This document shows, one piece after another, positions 11,514 to 20,794 of a stretch of DNA of 64,000 nt (the first letter of the stretch is position 1; each line of letters opens with the position of its first letter). The position numbers and the translations under genes are program-made. The notes below the pieces were generated by a model. It ran no database searches and had not been told where the DNA came from. It saw nothing but the letters and a program-made list of their open reading frames with translations. The DNA is taken from assembly GCA_043228905.1 (NCBI GenBank), contig JBHGNT010000001.1, positions 33,170,001 to 33,234,000 on the forward strand, read 5' to 3'. This DNA is from Azolla caroliniana. Lineage: Eukaryota; Plantae; Polypodiophyta.

Positions 11514-13862
11514 CTACTCATACACACATTCATCGCTGTATATTTGTGACATCAGATGTGCTGACATGTCCTTAGGATTCACTTCTTGCAAAAGCTTCTT
11601 ATAGCATTCATTTCCCATCTCAACATTGCCATAGATTTTACAGCCTGTGAGGAGCGAGGTCCACATGATAATATCAGGTTTAGTAGGAATAGATGCCAAT
11701 AATGCAAGACCATCATGTAGATATCCAGCACGGCTGAGAAGATCGATTATGCAACTATAGTGCTCTTTATCCAGCACAATTTCATATGTTTCGGTCATAA
11801 GTTTCAACACCTTGTACCCTTCCTCCAGTAGACCAGTAGAACAACAAGCCGTGAGCATACTAGTAAAGATAATGTTACTTGGTTTCAGGCCCCATTTTTT
11901 CATGTCAATTAGGTACCAAAATGCCAAATCCAAGTCACCATGCTGAGTACAACTCGCTATTACCACACCCCATAATACAACATCTCGATATGCTGCACTA
12001 TCGAATACTTTGCATGCTTCATTTAAGCTCCCACATTTAGAATACATGTCCAAAAGAGAGCTAGTAACTATAAGGTCTGACTCATACTTATCCTCAAGAA
12101 TCAACTCATGTACCTTCTGACCCTCTTTGAGAGCTCCTAAATTGGCACATGATGTCAAAATGCAAGATAACGTAGCTTTATCTGGCTTCATCCCATCCTT
12201 CAACATGTTGCTGAACAGGTCTAGTGCGGTCACATCAAACCCTTGTTGCGCATATCCAGCTATCATTCCACCCCACGACATTACAGTTCGATCATGTAGA
12301 GAATCGAATACATTGCGTGCCTCATCTAAGTTTCCCATTTTTGCATACATGTTGACTAGAGCACTTGCAACAATAAGCTCTAGTTTATGTCCATTTCTAA
12401 CCATCCGATCATGTATTAACCATCCAATGCAGGAGTCTCCATTCCCACAAGCCTTCAACAAGGTTGTGTAAGTTTCTATTCGTGGCTGAAGGCATTCTTG
12501 TGAAAGCCCCTCAAAAATCTCAATAGCCTTCTGGTTGTTACCATGCTGGATATATTGAGTGATCATAGCCTCCCAAAGTACGTGATCATACACCAAAGAA
12601 TCATCAAAAAGTCTTGATGCCTCATCTAATCTTCCACATTTTGAGTACATTTCAATGAGGCCAGTTCGGACTAGCAGGTCAGATTCCATATCAGTTCCTC
12701 GAATCTCATTGTGTATTAACATACCTTGCTCTAGGTCATTAACAATGGTGCATGCTTTTGAAACAGCATAAAGTGTGGCAGCACTGGGTCTCATACCCTT
12801 TCTTTCTTTTTTCATTTCCTTATAAGCATTCAGAGCTTCTTGTCCAAACCCATTTTCCGTATATCCCGTAATCATGGTACACCATGTAACATCATCCGGA
12901 TCTGGTAATTCTTCAAAAACCAAACGGGCATCTTCTAGACTCCCACATTTTGAATACATATCGACAAGAGTGTTTATAATGCGCACTTCCGATTCATACT
13001 TACTTTTGACAATAAGATCATGTATTCTCCGTCCCTGGACAACATTCCTAATGCTACTACATGCTTTTAAAACCACTAAAAGAAGTGATTCGTCAGGCTC
13101 TAACGCCTCCTCATGCCATATCATCATCTCAAAAAGATTGAGAGCATAGATATTAAGACCTTTGTGAACATAACTAGAAACGATAATTGTCCAAGACGTA
13201 ACATTTTTCTTAGACAGCCCATCAAATACATCAAATGCATCCTCGATACTCTTACATTTGGCATACATATCAATCAAAGTATTCATAAGCATCACTTCCT
13301 CTTCACATAAATCGTTGCATACCACTTTACATGCCTCTTCAATGATATATACATGTATATATCTACCAATTCTTAGATCTCCAACAATTCCACACGCCTT
13401 AAGAGCATATACTATAGTGATACGATCTGGTTCTGAAACCCTAATTTCCTGCATTTTCTCATACAAAGAAAGAGCTTTTCCGCACTCTCCAAGTGCAACA
13501 TGGCCTGAAATGATGGCATTCCAAGTGGTGGTTTTAGGATTTCTGGTTTGATCAAATACAGACTTACCTTCAGATAAGCTTCCACAAGCTATGAATAGAT
13601 GGATCAAGTGATCACTGAAGCAAGTTATGGTATCTAGACCCCTATAGAGCATCAGAGAATGAACTCTTCTTCCGGAAATAATGTCTTTCTGCTTGATACA
13701 TTCTTGAAGAAGAGAGTACAGTATATCTCTGGAAAGAGGTATCTTCTTCTGTTCCAGCAGTCGAATGGTCTTGAAAGCTTTTTGTAGTTGATGGCTTTTG
13801 TGGAGATTTAGGCTTTCCAAATAGCCAGAAGTGTGCCACAAATTGCTTCTTTTCTTGGACAT
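11514..13862 (-). CDS. PLS-class PPR protein with E domain and no DYW; intronless, 782 aa
   Basis: Repeated LIDMYAKC/WNAIISG/YALKAC P-L-S motifs; ends HYSCIIDLLSRAG...PDIIMWTSLLTGCKIYGNVEMG (E1) with a short E2-like tail. Confidence 0.93.
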   Translation of the reverse strand: MSKKRSNLWHTSGYLESLNLHKSHQLQKAFKTIRLLEQKKIPLSRDILYSLLQECIKQKDIISGRRVHSLMLYRGLDTITCFSDHLIHLFIACGSLSEGKSVFDQTRNPKTTTWNAIISGHVALGECGKALSLYEKMQEIRVSEPDRITIVYALKACGIVGDLRIGRYIHVYIIEEACKVVCNDLCEEEVMLMNTLIDMYAKCKSIEDAFDVFDGLSKKNVTSWTIIVSSYVHKGLNIYALNLFEMMIWHEEALEPDESLLLVVLKACSSIRNVVQGRRIHDLIVKSKYESEVRIINTLVDMYSKCGSLEDARLVFEELPDPDDVTWCTMITGYTENGFGQEALNAYKEMKKERKGMRPSAATLYAVSKACTIVNDLEQGMLIHNEIRGTDMESDLLVRTGLIEMYSKCGRLDEASRLFDDSLVYDHVLWEAMITQYIQHGNNQKAIEIFEGLSQECLQPRIETYTTLLKACGNGDSCIGWLIHDRMVRNGHKLELIVASALVNMYAKMGNLDEARNVFDSLHDRTVMSWGGMIAGYAQQGFDVTALDLFSNMLKDGMKPDKATLSCILTSCANLGALKEGQKVHELILEDKYESDLIVTSSLLDMYSKCGSLNEACKVFDSAAYRDVVLWGVVIASCTQHGDLDLAFWYLIDMKKWGLKPSNIIFTSMLTACCSTGLLEEGYKVLKLMTETYEIVLDKEHYSCIIDLLSRAGYLHDGLALLASIPTKPDIIMWTSLLTGCKIYGNVEMGNECYKKLLQEVNPKDMSAHLMSQIYSDECVYE

Positions 13863-13872
13863 GCAAACTCTG

Positions 13873-13947
13873 TTAGGGTTTGTAGCGTTTGTAAAACCCC
13901 TTCCTGATTTTGTGGAATTTTTAGGGTTTGTAAACTTGCTAGGGTTT
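13873..13947 (-). promoter_or_regulatory. Three telo-box motifs (AAACCCTA) just upstream of the PPR start codon
   Basis: ttagggttt at 13873-13881 and 13921-13929; ctagggttt at 13939-13947. Confidence 0.5.
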
Positions 13948-14833
13948 CTCGGCTTTGTTTTTCAAATACGATTTCTAACGTTTGTTGGTTATATGAGTAT
14001 TGTGAACTGTCTTGTTAATAAAATAAGTTCATGTTAATAGTCTTTAGAGGTTGCAACCAATTAGCCACCTATTATTTAATAAGATTTTTCAAACAGACTA
14101 GAATTGCTTTGTGAACTGTAACCTAGCATATATTGCCTTGTTGATGACATAACCTTGATCAAGAAAGTTAGGAGTTTATTTACAACTTATTTAGCATTTG
14201 TATTAGTCACTATTGCTCTTACATATCTGTTTTCTTTCTTAGCAATGATGGCTCCTTACAGCTACACTGGCCAAGTTATCAATCCACATTTCCAGTAGCG
14301 TGAGTTAGGTCTTTGCAATTGGAAACAAAGTTGAAGGACACATCAAGATTTTTCAGCAAGTTGTGAGTGTGGCCCTGCCTGGTTGGGGATATTGCCATCC
14401 TCACATGAACGTTTTATGTACTCTCTCATATTGCATATTACATAACTCGAAAACGTTTTATGTACTCTCATGCTTTTCATCACATGAAGTTATTATTATC
14501 TAGCGTCCTCTCACTTCTCTGCTGGCTCTACCCACATACAGCCCAGCCCTTACACATCTTCGTTAACCAAACAAAACTCGACATTTGAAGCAAACAAGCC
14601 ACAAGGGTAATAACAATAATAATATTCAGGGAAAGTGATATGATCTCCTTCGGAGAACACACTCAATTCAATGGTACCAAGACAAACTTGGACAAAGAAA
14701 AAGAAAGGAAGCATCTCTCTGTTGGCAGTATTGTTTATATATCCAATGAGCCCATATACAACTAGCGTTGTATATCATATAAATTAATTGATGAAGTGTG
14801 TCCATCTGTAACAAATTGTCACACACAATGAAC

Positions 14834-17639
14834 CTAACAACTTCGTGTTCTCAATATTGTTATGGTACCCTTGCCTTCTGTGTGAATCCTCGTAAGGCCA
14901 ACCACTGACTTGCCTGATGCAGGGGGCATCATAGCAGCCTTTGATAGCTTTGTGCTGGAATCACTTGTTGAGGTCAACATTTGTACCCTTTGATTTATAT
15001 CTTGCAATGTCACATCTCCTTGAATCCGGCTTGGTTTCACCATTTCAAATGGGTAAGCTAGTACAGGATTTGAGCTCTCTTTTACATGCAATGGCTTTTG
15101 CTTGGCCTCTGAAGTTAAATTCATTTGTTGCCTCCCTGCAAATATAGATAAAACAATAAATAACTGAACGTTTTTATTTTATTGGATCAACTTCATTGTT
15201 TCTAAGGTGATGCTGGCCTTAGAGTTAGCTAAGAGGTTGGAACACGCTTCATAGCCTAGAGGTCATTCTTCAAAGAAGAAGCATGTTGCAAAAGAAAATT
15301 ATTATGCATAAGTAACCAGTTATCAATTCAGAAAACAAAATCTACAAATTGTCAACCCTGATTTCTAAATCCTAAACAAACAATGGTGCATTTGTACAAA
15401 CATGGGGATCACACATACCAGAAATCTCGAAGGGTTTGTTAATTGACATAGCAGATTGTAACGAGGGGCTTGCTCTTGGATGCTTGCTCTTGGATGCTGC
15501 AAACTCACCATAAAGACGGTGAATCAAATTGCCATTCCAAACCGTTAAAGTTTAAACCACATATATACCCGACGGAATAAACCATATCGCCTATACGCTA
15601 AAACATAGGGGGCATACCCGACACCTCTAAGGGCTGCCCACACCTTTTCCTCGATTGTGCCAAAGGGCGAGCCGGAACCTTGGGTATCTGGTGCTTGCTA
15701 TTGGATGCTGCAAAGCAGTTAAAAGACAAACGTCAGCAAGTTCAATGAATCTCTTTATTTTTGCAACACATAGTTTGCATCATTTGTGAGGTCAAAGCTG
15801 ACAGTGGAATATTAAATCCAATGCATCACCATGCATATTACATTAAGGTTTGATCTATGATATTAATTGATTTCAACACTCAAATACACACATTTGGGTA
15901 ACTCCAAAAAGTAGTTCATTGCCAATGATCATACGCTATACTTCAGATGAAGCATATAAATACTCAAGTATCCAATCTGGAGTACCGCATTATAAATGAT
16001 AATATGCTACTTGAGTTAAAGCATATAAATATGATGTTTAATAGCATAGATGGTACAAACATGTGACGATTATTTGAGGGTTCATACCTGCAGTTCTAGC
16101 CACAAAAGGTTGAGGTGCTGCAGCATTGCTGGAAAAGCACACCATGATAATGAGGTTCTTCAAAATTTTCGTCAATGTAATTTATCCGGAATGTGAATCA
16201 CACTCAAATATCTCAACTTACAAAGCAAGATGATTATTAGTCCATGGGTGAGGGACATCTTGAATCTCATTCGTGTGACTACCACTTAAATATCTAACCA
16301 TCCAGCTTTCTGTGGATAGCTCAGCAGCATCATTTGCAGAGTTAACGGACTCTATTGTTCAAATACTTAAGAGTTAGAACACTTTTAATGGCCAGTTCAA
16401 AGATATAATGGCGGTTTTTTTATAAATCACCCTATTTACCATTAGTCATCTGCCAGTTAAATGAAGACTGATCCTGAGCTTGTGAATCTTCCTGTGCTTG
16501 AGAGAAAGATGACTGAAACCATAGCCAAATGAACCACAAAATCATAAGTAGAATCAGTTATCCCGACCCCTTGTTAAGGTTAATAAGTTCTACATTCATT
16601 ATTTATACCATTTTAAGTAAACTAAGTTCATTCTAAAGCTAACAAGTTCCACATACAATACATAGACAAATGAACCATAAAGCCGTACCTAAGCTAAAAA
16701 TCAGTTTAACAGTTGCTATGTTTTTTTACATGCATTATACGTCTAACTTTGAACCACAAAAACATATGTAATATCGAGAATAAGACATTAACGATAACGA
16801 GCTCCACATACACAAATTATATCTACACAAACTAAGGAGTACCTCTATTGAACCTGAACTAGAGGACTCATCTCCATTACTCTGCAGAACTCTGCGTCGT
16901 TTGAGAGGACGAGGAGGAAGTTCATCGTTCCACGACCTACTGGATTGAGGAGACTCTGTGCAACATATATTTTATAAAAAAGAATATCCAGTTTATAAAA
17001 ATCGTATTTTCTTTCACAAAATATGCATATCTATTAAAAACAGTTACGACCCATGAAACCCTTAATTACGATCTAGGGCCTAGGATTAATGGTCGTAAAT
17101 CTGATCCATGCATTGAAGATACCTGACTTTTCAAGGCCTGAAGTGAGATCGGTGAGGGACGAGGAAGAAGAGAACAAGCTTCTTGCGACAACATCATCTC
17201 CAGCCAGATCATCCCACAGAGAGTGAGAAATTACTGCAGAAACCATCACATATGGTTAAACATGTGTCTCCAATATATACATATACATACATATATATGA
17301 ACAAGACTCTATTCTTCGTGATTACTGTTACCACTTATCCCAATGCATCTTTTCCAACATGAAGACAGAATGGAAGGAAAAAAGAGCAGAAAGCACCATC
17401 CATATACATATGCATAAGTCATCGTACATTATGGATGAGTATGTGAATATCACGCACATATATATACATGCACTCATACATTCATGGATACAGAGATGCT
17501 AAAATACAAGCATACATTCAGATAGACATGGACCTACATACATACCCATGTGAGCATCAGCTTCGCCAAGGTTGAAGTCATCGGTATCCAGCCATGCCCA
17601 AGCTGACTCCGTGAGAAGGAGGCTCCTCTGTTCTTCCAT
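14834..17639 (-). CDS. XRI1-like protein; exons approx. 17639-17546, 17233-17123, 16954-16842, 16512-16440, 16129-16088, 15136-14834
   Basis: Last exon has LAYPFEMVKPSRIQGDVTLQDINQRV...SGKSVVGLTRIHTEGKGTITILRTRS, the XRI1-family signature; an internal exon has KRRRVLQ. Internal exon boundaries are approximate. Confidence 0.82.
15481..15714 (-). mobile_element. SINE-like insertion of about 190 bp between 23-bp direct repeats, in an XRI1 intron
   Basis: tgcttgctcttggatgctgcaaa (15481-15503) and tgcttgctattggatgctgcaaa (15692-15714) flank a GC-richer segment with B-box-like GGTTCCGGCTC on the minus strand. Confidence 0.6.
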
Positions 17640-17796
17640 TTGCCCTCTCTTCACTGTGCCCCTGTCGCCAAGAGAGAAACAGAGGCAGAGATAGACACAC
17701 ACACAGAAATCTCAAGAGGGATTCAGGGAAACAAAGAGTAGTATTAATTAATTAATTCACGATGAGAGAGAGGGGGGGTGTTGTGATGTGACGGAT

Positions 17797-17797
17797 T

Positions 17798-17880
<83 letters not shown>

Positions 17881-17928
17881 TTTGTTTGTTTGTTTGTTTG
17901 TTTGTTTATTTATTTATTTATTTATTTT
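17797..17928. repeat. Compound (TTTA)n/(TTTG)n microsatellite upstream of XRI1-like gene
   Basis: Directly visible; followed by (TA)n at about 18003-18040. Confidence 0.95.
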
Positions 17929-17999
17929 TGGTTTTAGTTTTTCGTTACCTAACGTGAAAATCGGTACTTCCAGTCTACTTGAGTATATTAATGTATATA

Positions 18000-18045
<46 letters not shown>

Positions 18046-19784
18046 CGATCTAACGAAAACTGTATGTATGTTGCTTATTTTAATTTTAAATAGATAGAAT
18101 GTATGTATTTTGTTTGTGTTTTTTTATCTTTTTAGTTTTAGTTATTAGGAGTTCTCTAGAATTAGGGTAAGAATGAAAAGGTGTGGGGTGTGGGTACCAC
18201 CAAAGTTAGCGGTAACCAACTCTAGCTTAGCACCCCCCCCCTCCCCCCAAATCTTTGCCTAACTAAGAAAAGGCCAATCCATCCTCCAAACTTCCCAATC
18301 ATCAATCATCACATTTGGAGAGGCTCTTGCAACCCCCCACCACCAATTAACTATATGTGAAGAGAGGGGTACATACAATATCCTCCTTAACATGATACCA
18401 TCCATGTCCATCGTGAGACAGTTGCAATCTATGGGACAGGATGGGGCCTAGCCCATCACGTGACCCAATTTTCAAACATGAGTCTTCTCCGAGATCTTGA
18501 GGTTTCTCCCTCTAGAATGATCTTAAACCTTCCCCGAGTAATTCGTGTATAAACTATGTCCTTCCTTTTTTATGTATTCTTCCCTACGTATGTTGTACTT
18601 TGACGTATTGAACTTGGTGGCCGTTGTTTTGAGCCGCCTACATCGATACCCCATAATGATTTATTATAACATAGTTACTACATATTAAAGTTAAAGAGAA
18701 ATATTGATATCACCACCTCGTGTTAAAATATTACTTTTGATTTTTTTGCCATTGGTGGCAACACTAACGTAAACTATACACATAGACCCACGTGCTTTAA
18801 ATCATGCATACTTTCATATTTTACACAACTATTTGTGATCAAAGTCAACCATTGTTTTGTTGAGAGGGATGCACTAGCCACAAACTAGCAACTAGACTTG
18901 TGTTAAATAATATAAACATTTTGAACACTTATTCACAGTTATGTTAAAATAGTGTAAGATTAGTAATAACCATAGTTATAACACACTTTGATGCGTGCTT
19001 ATTTTAATCAACGACACAAGTTAATTTGTTAGAAAATACAAAGGTTGGTACCAGGGTAATCTTGATATTTTTTCATAAATGTGGGTGATTTGCAATTATA
19101 AAATAAAATTATAATTTGTCAAAATATGAATATCCAACTATCATGTGCGCCACGTGTTGCTTTTTGTAATTAACAGTAACCACGAGACTTTATTATTATG
19201 CCAATAATTTCTAAACTAATCACAACGCTAAGCAACTCTAGTTATAATGTTAAGTATTATATGCATCATTGATAAAAATGTCAATCAGGATGATAATTGG
19301 CATGTCCCTTTTGATAAATGATTGATTTCTCTGGAACATGAATTAGCAAAACATTAAATCATACATTTCAAGCATTTGGGGTATATCCATTATTTGGATA
19401 AATCTTATGGCTTGATAAGTTCAAGAATACACTGAACAAAGCCATAGGAACAATATTGAAGGGTAATATTTAAAGGTTGAGGGCTAATGTGGAAAAAAGA
19501 AGTTCGAAAAAACTAGATACTCTGAGATGTTATGTTGACTATGGTCTTCGGTACTTTTGTCTACAACATGAGTTTTTAGAAACCATGACAAGGGGCAAAG
19601 GAAGATGTGTTTCAGACGCTTCTAACTACAAATGTGGCCATTTGGAATGCAATCATGATAAAATGGACTTGATTTTACATGCTGGAGATTGTTTTTTCCT
19701 TTACATGTGGTCTCCTAGCTTGCCGTAGCAAAGGCTCGTGGAAGTGTAGAAGCTATTGACAAGGGAAAAGCGGATATGGCTCTT

Positions 19785-19990
19785 GTGGATAATGATATAA
19801 TGGTATTGGGCAATGCTTCGATGGACATGTATGACAAATGTGGTGGGTTTGGAACAGCCAAGGAAGTGCTGGAAAAGTTTGTTTTTCAAGATGTGAATAG
19901 CTTGGAATGCACTCATTATAACATATGTCTAGCATGCATGGACAAGGCCTCAAAGCACTCAATTCATTTGAACAAATGCAAAGCGTGGGC
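19785..19990 (+). pseudogene. Degenerate PPR fragment
   Basis: DNDIMVLGNASMDMYDKCGGFGTAKEVLEKFVFQDVNS resembles an S motif (D.VLGN.LVDMYAKCG...A.EVF....DV.SW); the frame then breaks. Confidence 0.7.
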
Positions 19991-20794
19991 ATTTCTTTGA
20001 TTTGGATAATGGTATGGCATCATTGTAATTTCTTTGCCTATAAAGATTGGCGAGGGTTTTTTTTCTTACTTATCTTACCTAGAAAGATTGGCTAGAGTCA
20101 TTTGGCATGGCTTTACAATATTCGAAGTAATATTAGCCTATTTTGTACATGGCCTCTGGCCACTTTCATTTTAATACCAATGGAGGATTTTTTTTAGGGA
20201 AAAAAATAAAATATTAAAAGTTAGGCGAAGTTGTGTTGGGATATCAAGATCAATCCAAAACTCCTAAGGTGTGTGTGCTAAAATCCACCATTGTTACAAA
20301 TGGACAATAGATACTTTGCGTCCAATGGAGTGGATATTCTAGATACCCCACATAGTCCTACGTAAATGTGTAGTATAAACCAAGTCCATATCTAGTGTTG
20401 ATTTATTCTTGATACGTGGTTTCATTATATAGTTGATTAGTAGGCTTATAATGGTATAGCTAAATATACTCTCTCAAACACACACACACACACACACAAA
20501 CATCCTACTTGTATTCATTCTACTCCAGAGAACTATTATTTTCGAAGAGTTCTTCAAAACTCGGTCAAGCTGGTCTTCTCGTCGGTAAAGATACCCATCT
20601 CTCATGAAAAGCATTTGCTAGAGGGTGTCGATCGACAGAATAATTGGGAAGACTTACAGTGGTGCAATTATGGTTATTTAGTGGTAAACATGGGAGGGGC
20701 ATTTCCGGAATTATAGAAAAACAGAGTTATTCTTATAAGTTATAAACTTATGTATATATATCCAGTTCCTTCGCCTTCTCTCTTCTTCTTCGGC

